From Octopus bimaculoides (taxonomy: Eukaryota): DNA of 64,000 nucleotides. The DNA is taken from assembly GCF_001194135.2 (NCBI RefSeq), contig NC_068983.1, positions 163,574,492-163,638,491 of the forward strand, read 5' to 3'. The notes below the pieces were generated by a model. It saw nothing but the letters and a program-made list of their open reading frames with translations. It ran no database searches and was not told where the DNA came from. This document shows, one piece after another, positions 12,957 through 26,734 of this stretch (within the stretch, counting starts at the first letter, position 1; every line of letters starts with the position of its first letter). Both the position numbers and the translations under genes were made by a program.

Positions 12957-13977
12957 GTATATCCGCATGCCAATGCGGATACACACTCCCCGTCCCCATG
13001 CATATATATGCGTACGTGTGTGTGTGTGTGTGTGTGTATAACTTTTGCAATAATGCAAAGGTTTTTTAAAGACTGGGTTAGGAATTCGTTGCCAAACGGA
13101 CAAAGGGACTGGTAGCTTTCTGATTGGACAGAAAATTCAGTTATAAGAACAGAAATTTTGAGGCTGAGTAGTATAAGGTGGATGGGAATATAAATATAAT
13201 CGCTGGTTAATTTCTGTTGATTTTATAAAATAAATATATTTGGCTTAAGAATCTTAGAAGCCCTGGTCTGGCCAAGAAGCAATTGAAAACATTTTTAGAT
13301 CTGTGGAATCCTAGATAAGGTAACGTCACACTAAGCAGAACTACACACACTCACACATATGTGAGTGTGTGTGTTTAAATCTCGGTCTGTTGGGGTATGT
13401 AAAGATGTTTCTTTAAATATCTCTTATGTGATGTATTCAAATCTATTTAACGATACCTTCAAGTATCGTGCATCAGCCTATTCAACCAATGAAGAAAACT
13501 GCAATTTCAGGTATTTGTTATGCCGCAAAACAAAGGGCATGTTTCATGAAAGGATGGGAGCCAGTGGGAAGTGTTCTACATTCGTTGAAAACAAATTAGA
13601 ATAAAAGGATCTTATATTTCATATGAACGTAATTTTTGTGTAGCGTATAATAGAAAGATTTCTTTACTAGGTCTTTCTGTCTCTCTAGATATGAAGACAA
13701 TACTATTTAGAAGTTTAGTCACGCATATAAACCAAATCAATGTTTTTAAAATACTTTCCGCACAATTTTTTTTTACAGAATGTTTTGTTCTCACAAATAC
13801 TAATTGTCAATTTAACACTTAGAATAATAAAAAAAAAATAACTTCAGTTAAATCAGCTAACCACCTGTAATTACTTCAGGGATTTTCCTTACAGTTCAAT
13901 ATATACAGTGGGCCAAACGTTGCGCACAAGATAAATTCATTACGCTCCGGAATTGTCAAAAATATGCCTCAACTCAA

Positions 13978-13979
13978 TG

Positions 13980-14037
<58 letters not shown>

Positions 14038-14266
14038 GAAGAAGATGTAGAAGAAGAAGAAGAAGAAGAAGAAGAAGAAGAAGAAGAAGAAGAAGAAGAA
14101 GAAGAAGAAGAAGAAGAAGAAGAAGAGCATTATCGCTGTGAAAACAACATCCATTCATGAATTTATTTATTTATTAAATTTTTTCTATATACGTATTTTA
14201 CCTNNNNNNNNNNNNNNNNNNNNNNNNNNNNNNNNNNNNNNNNNNNNNNNNNNNNNNNNNNNNNNN

Positions 14267-14319
<53 letters not shown>

Positions 14320-14493
14320 GCTGTGAAAACAACATCCATTCATGATTTTTTTTTCTTTCTTAAATACATGTTTTACCTGTGAATTTGCGTGTGTAAACTG
14401 GGAATGCATACAACGAGTTTCTCTGTCCTAGGTGTACGGAAATCACTCGGCGAGAAATGGAAGAAAATTTGAAGAAAGAAGAAAAATGACAAC

Positions 14494-14562
<69 letters not shown>
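13978..14562. repeat. (TAA)n/(GAA)n microsatellite cluster containing the 3' end of a TAA-tailed retroelement (14318-14484)
   Basis: Repeats directly visible; unique segment ends in (TAA)n. Confidence 0.8.
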
Positions 14563-14563
<1 letters not shown>

Positions 14564-14565
<2 letters not shown>

Positions 14566-15000
14566 GCTCTGATGCAGTACCAGGAACTTGAGAAATGTCT
14601 TGCATATTTTTACTGTTCCACTTGCAGATTGCACTTCTAACGTATGAGTTAGTTGGTTGATTTCTTTTTCTGCAAACTCCAGTTTATCCAGTTTATCACT
14701 TAAGCATTTATTCACAAAGCCTAGTGCACTATTTATTATTGGTCTAAGTGTTAATATAATCTGGATACAGAAGGTGGAGGTTTCAAAGCAGTTGTTTATA
14801 GTTATCCAGTTTTCCTTTCATTTTCAATGAGATATTCACATTAGCTGGACAGGTATGTATATATGTATGTGTGTCTCATCTATTTTTAATTATTATAAAC
14901 CTTCCACTGAGGAGGGACCCGGTTTCCAACAAAGATACCAGGCTCCATCTTTGGGATGTAGTTAACACAGACAAATTTACATTTCGAACTTGAGAAAAGT
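14564..15000 (-). mobile_element. Two R4/Dong-like 3' fragments (ORF end + 3'UTR at 14860-15000; RLE C-terminus at 14585-14853)
   Basis: ORF ...LEVQSASGTVKICKTFLKF; second fragment KTFLKFEM* followed by a 3'UTR homologous to 1100-1230. Confidence 0.8.
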
Positions 15001-15773
15001 TTTATGTATGTGTGTGCATATGTATGTATATGCATGTATATATATATATATATGTACGTACATACGTTTATATGAATGTATGTACTACGTACGTATGTAT
15101 GTATGTATGTATGTATGTATGTACGTATGTATGTATGTATAACGAAATCTAAAGTAGACGTAACTTTCTCCCGTGGAAACTTAATTTATTGAACTATTTA
15201 CAATTACAAAATGTAATCGATAACAAACTCGATATTTCAAGTTCAGAGCATTTAAAATAACTAGTGAAACAAAGAGTGTTATTATTGCAAAATTCATATT
15301 TTCTATAACACTTTATTTTGAACTTTAGGCACCTGTTCCGCAATGTGGGTAGCAGTGGGTGTGTGAGATCATGTAATCGTCCTTCCTAGCATTACTTATC
15401 ATATCGGCCTAAAATGATGACAAGTAAAGTTAACCCAACCGGAATTTGAACTCATATTTTATAACAATATTATTATCAGGAGTAAAAAGCGGTATCGTCT
15501 TTGGTTTTATAATTCACTGACATTTCATTTGTATTCTATCCGTTGTGAATTCAATTTCGATCGATGTTCGGTTCTGTTAAACGTCTTGACTACGGCATAT
15601 ATCTTATAAATGGCCTTAAATCGAAGTAACCATCATTCTGTTTCGTTCAAGTCGTTGGTTGGTCAGCTGGTAAAAGGCTTTGTAGTATAGCTTAATTGTC
15701 AACGAAGGGTGCACACACAAATACGGTTATCTCCAAATTATAATCACTAGATGATAACAGCAATGACGATGAC

Positions 15774-15828
<55 letters not shown>

Positions 15829-17746
15829 GCTGACAGTGCAACATATATTGTTCTCAGGGAAGCTGTAATAATTCATTGATTCATGAAACCCATTAAAATG
15901 TCCTTATAGACAAGCAACATTCATCAGAGTTTAAAGTGACAGAGGTCGGAATCACTTTTGAGTTTGTGAATTCCAAATTACCAAATAGGAAGAATTTTCT
16001 GACATTTCTAACTATTACGACTTTACTCCATTGAATCATCGTAAATTCGGATATGGTGAGCATCACTTTGGAAGGACGTATAATGTATGAAATTGAATAA
16101 AGCGAATGTGTTCGTAACATTAAATAAAAGCGAAAGATAACGTTAGGAGCTGACTTTTCTTCTAGTCGCTGCTACTTTCGTTGCCTGAATTATTTTTCTT
16201 GCTGTAGCTGCAACTAATATAAAATGATTTCTTACATATGCATACAGCTACAGAACTTGTAAGTGAGTTGAAGTACGACTGTGGAGTAATCAAACCTTTG
16301 TCAAAGAAAATATAATTGTGTCATACATATGCATAATGACTGAGGATTTCAACAATGGCAATATATCAAATTATGGTGTTCTGCCTTTTTCAATGATTCT
16401 AGCAACGTAAATGAAATTTCGTTGTCATGACATGAATTTACTTCCACTCAACAGTGCTATATTTCTTAATATTTGCACAATGACTTAAATTCACAAATGT
16501 AATGCCCTACACCTCTTCAAAGATAGATTAATGGCTGGTCACAAGGTTGTCATACGGAACCTATTTTACTTGTTTAAAGCGGGCAATATATGCGAGGAGT
16601 AAAGAACTACATTGTAGATGTTTGGCAGAAGTGTTTTGCTAGTCTTAACTTCCACGAAAACTCAAATGTATTTAGGAGAGAAAATAAAGATTATTATTGG
16701 TGGTATAACTTGAGTAAAATAATGCTATCTCAGAATGAAAAAGTTTTTTCGAAACTCGATACACCCGGCGTTTACTTGTTTGACAACAAACACCAAGAAC
16801 AAATCAACATTGTAAAATGAAAAGGAGAAACGAAATGGAGTCAGTTTTTGGATTGTTTTCTGTAATTTTATTTACGGTATGGATTATAGAAATACTTTAC
16901 AATCAGGCTAAGTTTTATTGAATGTGTTTCGGCCTCTTTCAGTTCTGTGATTTTAAACCAACCAGAGATGTATTAGCGACATTTCAGTCAGTATGTGTTT
17001 AAAAAGTAAGAAATAATCCCAACATAAATTGGTAAATTTTTATGATAGTCTTTAGAGGAATTCATTTTGGTAAGGAGCAGAATGTCGGATAAATTAATGT
17101 GCCGTGATGAAAAAGTGACTCACATGAAACGTTAGCTATTCATTTTCCACTCCGTCGAGGAGCAACACAAACGGCCTCCATGACGTTTGAAGGCAATACT
17201 TGGGTCTTAAACAAAAACAGAAGTAACTCTGAGCGAGTCATTGTGATGGAGTTGATGCTTCGTTGCTACCATGACAACCAACGTTATTTCTTCTTTAATT
17301 GAAAACATTTCTCGTGGAGGGATTTCGCGTAACTAACAAAATTTCACTCCATTTTCTTAACAAATGTAGTTTCTTTCTACATCTTTGTCGCTCATTGATA
17401 TAGTTGGAGATTATATCCTTGTTATTCAGCTGAATTTAAAATGTCTTGATGTATATAATAGACTGGAATGGTAGCACCTCACATACCGCGTGTCTGTGCA
17501 CATGAAAACAAACTATATCCAACATAACTACCCGAGGAACCACTTAACGATTACACAAAACACAGACCCTTTCAGGCACATTATTGCACCTACACAGATT
17601 ATCAATTTGCAAGATGGTGTCAGAGGGAATCATAGAGAAGTGTAGGGTTTTGGCCATAGAAACAATGTTGTGATGGTGACATGATAAGAGAAGTTAATGT
17701 TTTGGTGGGGAAAAGAGGCAGATTCTGTATCAGCTCAATCAAATTT

Positions 17747-17809
17747 ACTACTACCACCACCACCGCCGCCGCCGCCGCCGCCACTGCCACCAACACCACC
17801 ACCACCACC

Positions 17810-17851
<42 letters not shown>

Positions 17852-17975
17852 GCCACTGCTACTGCTACTGCTGATGCTGCTGCTGCCGCTGTTGGCGCCG
17901 CCGCATCCACCACCACCACCACCACCACTGCCGCCGCCTCCGCCGCCACCACCACCACCACCACCACCACCACCG

Positions 17976-18013
<38 letters not shown>
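17747..18013. repeat. Compound trinucleotide repeat (CCA/CCG/CTA/CTG)
   Basis: Directly visible; source of the poly-P/T/G/V ORFs. Confidence 0.95.
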
Positions 18014-18014
<1 letters not shown>

Positions 18015-19283
18015 AATAACATAGAAGTCGACCAATATATCTTGTTATGCGACGTAATGCTTGTCCTGTTGCAATATCTTAACACATGACTAATGAATGT
18101 GCAAACAGCTCGATTTGGATGAGTTTTTCGAATCAGGTTAGGAAGGAAAAGATTTGCATTTCTTATTAAGATATTAAAGGGAAACCTATGCTAACAGATA
18201 TTTAATTAGTATGTGAGTGTTGTTTTTACTGAAGCATACGTGTCTACCATATGTAATTGGCAGAAACAAGGAAAGACCGCCGGGTGGAAATATATGAAAG
18301 AAAAAGTACCAACAAGAGACAAAGACAGAGAGGGAGAGAGAGGAGAGACAGAAGGAGAAGTGAGAAGGATGAGAAAGAGCGAGAGAGCGAGAGAGAAAGA
18401 GAGAGAGATTTAGAAATTCGAATATACACGCCTAGATAGCAGGAATAATACAGGGTGGGTGGNNNNNNNNNNNNNNNNNNNNNNNNNNNNNNNNNNNNNN
18501 NNGGGGGGGAATAAAATAAAATAAAAAGAAGAAAATAGTATGCCGCTGCTCTCGAGCGACATAGCATAATTGAACGATAGTGAAATATCGATTAGTTCCA
18601 GAGTGAGTGAGTAATTTGGTGAGATGATGTATTAACATATATTTCTTTACATCAATGTAAACCTTATAGCTGTAGAGGATTTTATCAATTAATTTAATTA
18701 TTTATTTCCTTTTGCAATATCTATTGACAATATTTACATCCGGTTTCGGTAGATTCAGAGGAGCAACACCAACCATTTTACCAGGAATAAATTCAAGCCA
18801 AGATTATTTTACTCCATAGAATGGTTACCAAGTAAAACTTTTATTTCAAAAGCTTAACTTTCGGTTGAAGGTGGATCAATTCTTCAGCTCCAGATATCTG
18901 CTAGCTCCATCAAAAAGCAAAAAGACTGGACGCAGCAATATCGATCCTGTATGTTGAATCGAGATCTACCCGTCGATAATATCTATGTATATGCAGAGAA
19001 ATAGCTATCAATCCATATTGGTAGATACGCCACCAAGAGAGATGGTATACCTAACTAAATTCATGTGGCACACAGCCTTATAGAGGTGCTCGTAGACAGA
19101 ATCATTCTTTTATACACTGCATAAAAGACAGGTACTCAACCAAAACTTTGAGACGTCCAATAATTGTTTACGATAATATATTCTCTTAATATTGTGTACA
19201 CTAATTATTTCGTACTTTGTCTGGTATATAAAAATGTTACCGAATATACAGGGTGTGTGTGTTGATATTTATATACCATTATT

Positions 19284-19669
19284 GGCGCAGATGTAGCGGT
19301 GTGGTTAGAAGTTTTCTTCCCAACCACATGGTTCCAGATTCAGTTCCACTGCGTGGCACCATGAGTAGGTGTTTTCTACTATAGCCTCGAGAGGACCAAT
19401 GCCTTGTGAGTGGATTTGGTAGACGGAAACTGAAAGAAGCCCGTCCTATATATATGTGTGTGTTTTCGTTTGCTCCCGATCACCGCTTGAAAAACGGCGC
19501 TAAAGTGGTTACGTTCCAGTAATTTAGAAGTTCGCCCAAAAACACAGATAGAATAAGTGCTAAGCTTCAAAAATAATAAGCATCGGGGACTATTTAGTCG
19601 ACTTAAAGATTCTTCAAGGTGGACCTCAGTATGGCCGCAGTCAAATGACTGAAACAAGTAAATGATAAA

Positions 19670-19672
<3 letters not shown>
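19284..19672 (+). mobile_element. tRNA-derived SINE family A, full length
   Basis: GGCGCAG head, GGTTC.. B-box-like motif, end GGCCGCAGTCAAATGACTGAAACAAGTAAA. Confidence 0.9.
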
Positions 19673-19702
<30 letters not shown>

Positions 19703-19786
19703 AATAAAGGTTATAAACCTCACTAAGGGATAAAATCCTATGAAAATACTGGTTAGTTACCAATCCTTATTCTTTATATGTATATG

Positions 19787-19817
<31 letters not shown>

Positions 19818-19828
19818 GTGCATGTATA

Positions 19829-20187
19829 GGCGCAGGCGTAGCTGTGTGGTGAAAAGCTTACTTAAAAACCACATGGTACCGGGTTCAGTGCCAGTGCTTG
19901 GTACCTTGGGCAAGTGTTTTCTCCTATAGCCTAGGGCCAACCAAAGCCTTGTAAATGAATTTGGTAGACGGAAACTGATGTATGTATTTCTGTGTCTGTG
20001 TTTTCCTCCCCACCATCGCTTCACAATCGATGTTGGTGTGTTATTTCTTTGTAATATAGCGGTTCGTCTAAAGACACCGATAGAATAAGTATTAGGCTTA
20101 CAATGAATATATCCTGGGGTTGATTTGTTCGACTAAAGGTGGGGCACCAGCATGGCCGCAGTCAAATGACTGTAACAAGTAAAAGAA
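19829..20187 (+). mobile_element. tRNA-derived SINE family A, full length
   Basis: Colinear with the 19284-19672 copy. Confidence 0.9.
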
Positions 20188-20969
20188 AGGTAAATGGTTA
20201 AGACTTGCGCTTCGTAATCATGACGTTTCGGTTTCGATTCCGCTACTCGCATCATTGGCAATTATCCATTTCTATAATCATGTGCTAAGACAATGTGAAT
20301 AGAGAGGAACAGAAGTGGAGGCCTTGTCGAATGGATTGTACTTTAATAACTCAATGGTGCAGCCTTGTCGTTCTATGCTTTGCCTCTTGCCACCAAAGAA
20401 TTACATTTAGGGTACCTGTGTCTATGGTATACTCATCCACTTTCAGACGTCAATTGAACGAGTAGGAGGAATAGGAAGAGGTAACTTAGATAATCGAACA
20501 ATTAAGCATTCAGGGCTGGAATTTTTGTTTAACGATCAATACATACATATATATTCATACATGCATACATACATTTATATGTATATATATGTATAAAGGT
20601 ATTTAATATATTTGCGTATACATGTTCATTTATATATNNNNNNNNNNNNNNNNNNNNNNNNNNNNNNNNNNNNNNNNNNNNNNNNNNNNNNNNNNNNNNN
20701 NNNNNNNNNNNNNNNNNNNNNNNNNNNNNNNNNNNNNNNNNNNNNNNNNNNNNNNNNNNNNNNNNNNNNNNNNNNNNNNNNNNNNNNNNNNNNNNNNNNN
20801 NNNNNNNNNNNNNNNNNNNNNNNNNNNNNNNNNNNNNNNNNNNNNNNNNNNNNNNNNNNNNNNNNNNNNNNNNNNNNNNNNNNNNNNNNNNNNNNNNNNN
20901 NNNNNNNNNNNNNNNNNNNNNNNNNNNNNNNNNNNNNNNNNNNNNNNNNNNNNNNNNNNNNNNNNNNNN

Positions 20970-21012
<43 letters not shown>

Positions 21013-21445
21013 CATGTATGTATGTGTGTGTGGTGGATGTATTTCTGTGTCATGGTCATTAAACGTGATATATGCCTTGGCAAAGTACAGACTACTGTAA
21101 TGAAACGTTTTCGAAATGGACGAATATAATTTAACAATTATTAAATCAAAGGATTATGTTGCTAACTTTTGTTGCATTTCTGGAGATTAGTGGCTTTTCT
21201 AATTTTACCACTAATGCTACCTGAAATATTCCTGCCGATTAATCCTATGTCTCTCTTGAATGTGTTGATTAATCTGCTGTTGTGATTGGATACGAAATGT
21301 GCATCGACCATGATGTTCACTTCACATTTAGCTAAACATTCGAACGCCTCTTTAAATTTGTATTCAATAATATTTATGTCGCTATTTATATTATTTTAAA
21401 TATTTACTTGAGAATTTCTGTAGTACTGTCTTTACTGTTTTACTC

Positions 21446-21822
21446 TTTTACTTGTTTCAGTCATTTGACTGCGGCCATGCTGGGGCACCACCTTTAGTCG
21501 AGCAAATCGACCCCAGGACTTATTCTTTGTAAGCCTAGTACTTATTCTATCGGTCTCTTTTTGCCGAAACGTTAAGTTACGGGGACGTAAACACACCAGC
21601 ATCGGTTGTCAAGCGATTGTGGGGTGGGGGACAAACACAGACAGACAAACATATACACACACATACATAAATATAGTTTCCGTCTACCAAATCCACTGAC
21701 AAGTCTTTGATCGGCCTGAGGCTATAGTAGAAGACACTTGCCCAAGGTGCCACACAGTGGGACTGAACCCAGAACCATGTGGTTGGTAAGCAAGCTACTT
21801 ACCACACAGCCACACCTGCGCC
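21446..21822 (-). mobile_element. tRNA-derived SINE family A, full length
   Basis: Reverse complement colinear with the 19829-20187 copy. Confidence 0.9.
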
Positions 21823-22427
21823 TATAAGGTTTTTTTATATCAAAGTTTTGTTTACTCATACGTACACACTGATACACACGCAAAACACACATTTCTGTGT
21901 ATATATATCTATTATATATTTATGTTTAGATACGTTTGTATTTATGTGTGTGTTTGTGGGGGGTGGGGGGTCGTCTGCTGTAAATATATCCGGAATATCC
22001 TGTAAAGACTTGCAGTAAACTTTGTTATATAAAGCTATACTAATCCCTGAAGAGGGCGCCACGTCATAGTGGAAAAGATCCCATTTGCTATCCAGACTTA
22101 AGACCAGGTTCTGTTATATCTTAGGGTCTAAAGGTCCTTATCCTTTTGGTATTCTACTGAAAGACCTAAGAGATTTACATGCTGTGGATATAGGTGTCTT
22201 TAAGTACTAACTGGACCTTTTGCTGCCAAGCATTCCAAATGAGTTGATTACGCGGCAAGAAAGGTAACTGAGGGCAGAATGTTCGATCTCCCACATTCAC
22301 CTAAAGTTCAATTGACATGAACTGACCTTTGGTGTTAGCTGGCGTCTATTTCAGTCATCTCTAACATACATACACATATACATTCAGGTATGTACGCATG
22401 CACACACAGACACGCACATATGCGTAC

Positions 22428-22484
<57 letters not shown>

Positions 22485-22744
22485 GTGTATATTTATAGAG
22501 AGAAAGATGTTTGTGTAAGAGTGTGTATGCGTGAGCATATTATTTGAATATTATCTCTACAGCTATTTCAACTATCCTCTCATCTACAACCCATCCCAGA
22601 GCATAATATTGTTAGACAAGATAGAGGAAATTCTAATATCTCTAAGTTTTGTCAACCGTAATTTCAGTGATTGCTCGAATCTATAATTTTTGGGAATTGT
22701 CAGAATCTCCTTACTTTATGAATATATTTTCTTCATTAAACTCA

Positions 22745-22790
22745 GCTTACCTGCAAGTAACAAATTTTGGGGGAGAAAATTTGCATTTAG
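22745..22790 (-). promoter_or_regulatory. Juxtaposed 3'ss/5'ss (AG|GTAAG), candidate recursive splice site
   Basis: Minus strand: gctaaatgcaaattttctcccccaaaatttgttacttgcag|gtaagc; junction 22751/22750. Confidence 0.3.
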
Positions 22791-23050
22791 CAAACTCCTT
22801 GATTTCTCACTTCCGTTTCATATTAATAAATATGTATTAAACACTGCTGCTTGAAGCCAAGTTACAAATATTAATCATTATTCAGAGAACACAGCTAGAA
22901 GCCTAAACTAGCTAAATATTATTAAAAATACTTAACAAGGCATTTAAAAAGTATGATTTGTCTAGAAGTAAAATCATTGTAAAAATTCAATCCATCTAAA
23001 TAACATAAAATTTGTATATTTAAAGAGAAAAATCTATAAAAATTAACTGT

Positions 23051-23437
23051 TACTACTTGTCCACATCACTATCATCAAAAGTATATTAAAACGTAGCTAC
23101 AAGTAACAAATCTATTTAGAATTAGTGTGTAAAACACATCAGGTCCAGATTTTTATCTGAACAGGTGCACAGCGTAGCACGCGTCAGGTGCCGAACTAAA
23201 CCATGCGTCCTTGAATATATATGTGCCCGCACACACGTGTGTGCGGTTGCATGATGAACCTAAAAATACCGCTCAGATAACTATAACAGATCCTTAAGTT
23301 TCCCTCAATCAGTCTGTCCATACATAGTTGACAAGTTACCAAATATTATCCCGAAGTGATAATTAAGTGCTACTACTTGTCCACATCACTATCATCAAAA
23401 GTATATTAAAACGTAGCTACAAGTAACAAATCTATTT
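23051..23437. repeat. Exact 67-bp direct repeat (23051-23117, 23371-23437) enclosing 253 bp
   Basis: tactacttgtccacatcactatcatcaaaagtatattaaaacgtagctacaagtaacaaatctattt occurs twice. Confidence 0.95.
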
Positions 23438-25657
23438 TTCTTCTTCTTCTTCTTCTTCTTCTTCTTATGTATATGCACATCTCCCTGTTTTTTGTTTCTC
23501 TTATTTACAAAATAACTCTTAACAAACTTCAGCTAGTTAATAAATATAATATTATTATTTATTAACTTCAGTTAGTTAATAAATAAAATATTATTACCAG
23601 CTCAAATATGCTTGAAGTATATTCGAACCCGCAAGAAAGCCATTCGTTGTATTTCGTCATGGAGAAAATTTCTCGTTGTAGACAAACAGTTTGCAGTATT
23701 CTCCTAAGCAGACTGTTGGATGTTTGTATTTCAGAGTGGTTAATTCCTCTTCAGATACAGAGAAAAACGGACGCTGTGAACTGATACAAGAGACAGTTTC
23801 CTGTTATGATATTCCTAACATCGTTCAATAACTTGTGCTATTCAGTGGTTCGTTTTAGCATCTGAATACAGTGAATGGCCGGTTTCAATAGACCTCAAGC
23901 ATATTTGATCTGGTAACAAATTTGTACTTATACACATCACTGCGCAGCGCTGTCAACCCACATTATAAATGTATATAAAATTGTCGCTGTACAAGCTAAG
24001 CAAATAAATATTAAACAACTATTATTCCAGAAATTAGTTTAAAAATTTAAGTTTATCAAAATTCATTAAACTTACTGAATGAAACGTTTTAAAATGTAAA
24101 CATTAAACTACAAGTAACCAATTAAGGAATTTTTTATTGATATATTGTAAAAGAGTTTAAAGATAACAAACAAATTTTAATGTGTTCGTGGCTAAAGCGA
24201 AAATTGTTCAAATATTCTTGTGTTGCCAAATTATAATTTCATTAGGAAGAATAATATAGGAGTGTAAAGTGTGTGCCATGTTTTGAAATGATTTGTTTGA
24301 TTTTGTTTTGGTTTGGTTTCCTTGGCGATTAAAATATTTGAGTAGAAACCAAATTACAACCTGGTTTTGACGATTTTGTGTTGGTGAGATGCGGCTACGT
24401 CGACATGATGCAGTTGATTAGGTTGGAGAGATAGTATCTGAGGAACTTCTGAATAACCGGATGTCTATACAACTCTCTCTCTGTCTCTCTCTCTCTGTCT
24501 CTCTCTCCCTGTCTTTCAACACACACACATACACATACATACACATACATACACATACATACATACATACATACATATATGTATGTGCTTGCGTACGTGT
24601 GTGAGTGTGTGTTTTTTATGCGTGTGTGTCTGAGTGTTTTGATTTAAGAAATGGATAAAAACGTATTATTCGTATGTATATGCATATCTCACTGTTTTTT
24701 GTTTCTCTTTTATCTCTCTCTCTCTCTCTCTCTCTCTCTATTTCTCGTCTCTCTATCTATTTGTATGTATGTATGTATGTATGTATGTATGTATGTATGT
24801 ATGTATATACAGAGAGACCGATTGGCAGCAATGAGTTCAAAGACTCCTCAATACTGTAGAAAAACTCATTTCAAAATATTGTAACACAGAATCGTAAAAG
24901 CAGAAATTTACGACGCTTTACAATCACGTGAGTTTTTTTTAAAATAAATTTCCATTATTCTCTGATTATTAAACATTGCAAATGAATCCAACCCACAGAT
25001 TGATGCAACAAAGGTGTACAAGATCTGTTTATAAATATTATTGTCTGATGAAAGCAAATTCTGATATTAAAAAAAAATCAAATCTGAATCATGGTGACCG
25101 TTATTTGCATACCATGACTGAGCTATGTTATGTTGAAGACTTTGGGTGACAGGTGAATGAGGGATGATGTTTTAAAAACAACTTACATGATCTAAAATGC
25201 TGTCAAATACCTGACTATATTTTGGACAAAATGCTGTGAAATTACCAATTTCTTCCAATACTAGAACTGATAAAAAGACCACCTTGTTTCAAGGAGATGG
25301 AATTCCAATCTCGGAAATGATCTCACGGAACCTAATCTCAGGAATTTGGTCACTCAACTCCTCGGTTTTACTCAAGCAGAATGCATGAGAGAAAATTTTC
25401 ATTGAAGTTTGGCATCAAGACCGTCGAAATATTACTTCATTAATTACAGAACTAAAAACAAATTCATTGATCAACGAATGATCAAACATGGATCAGTCAC
25501 TTATTGATAATTTAACCAAATCCATCTCAAATTCTATGAAAGTTGTGAGATTAGATAAAGAAAGGGCTATGAATTGCTGACACAAATTTTCATTCAGTTT
25601 GGAAAAATTTTCATGAAATTATTCCAAGTTAAATTGACATTCATGTTATTGTAGGCC

Positions 25658-25693
<36 letters not shown>

Positions 25694-26676
25694 TGCGCGC
25701 GCGCGCGTGTTTGTGTGTATGTGTGTGTGTGTATGCGTGTGTGTTTATGTGTGTGTGTGAGTGTGTGTGAGTGCGCGCGTGAGTGGGAGTGGGAGTTTGC
25801 AAAAAGCATTAAAACTGTTGAGACCGAAACACATTAGGAGCAGAATAAAGGAAGACCATCGCCGTACCTCATTATTTACATACAATAAGGGGCTTAGATC
25901 GCCTGATTTATAAAACCTATGATGAAAACATTTCTAGCCACGGCCATCCCATCTGATTTATATTTAAGGATTTCGCAACTAGTTGCTCAAGTCCGATGTG
26001 TCGTCATGTTAGTTATTTGATGCGATTTGGGATATATTTAGTTGTTATTTCTAGCTGTTCAACTGGTTAGATAAACTCCCAGTCTACCTACATATTTTAT
26101 TCAAAGCTGTGGTTCTTAGAATACTGTGCTTAACCATTATTCTTTTGTTCTATTATTCCACCAATGGGATTCAACATGCATATAACTTTACGAAAGAACT
26201 TTCTCCAACATTCTTGCCATCAGTTTGAACATTTGATGAAGATATTTCTGTCAAGTTAGAAATTTTGTGATGAATATATTTTCCCCATTTATTAACGTAA
26301 AACATAAAATTGAAGACTGGTTCTCCTAATATTTCGCTCTAAGATCTATAAGAGCTATAAGCATTGCTAATAATTCTCAATCTATCGAAAGGGATTAACA
26401 GTAAAGCTTGTTGCTCTCATTCTTTGCTGTCTCCACTGTATCACAATAGTCAGATCTGAACTAATTACTGCGTTAATCCCTTCTCTCTAGGTCTTCAACT
26501 TCTATTACACACTAACCTCATCAAGTTATCTCTATACTAATTATACTTAAACGAGATAATAAGCTGCTAAGTCACAAACACACATCTGCATGTATGTATG
26601 TATGTATGTATGTGCGTGTATGTATGTGTATGTATGTGTATATATATATATATATGTGTGTGTGTGCGTGTATGTA

Positions 26677-26734
<58 letters not shown>

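Noticed and set aside
14134-14345. Duplicated cgctgtgaaaacaacatccattcatga
   Set aside because: The copies lie on either side of a gap; an assembly artefact cannot be excluded.
16590-16820. 76-aa ORF (KDYYWWYN...)
   Set aside because: Faintly R4-RLE-like but too degenerate to call; no gene context.
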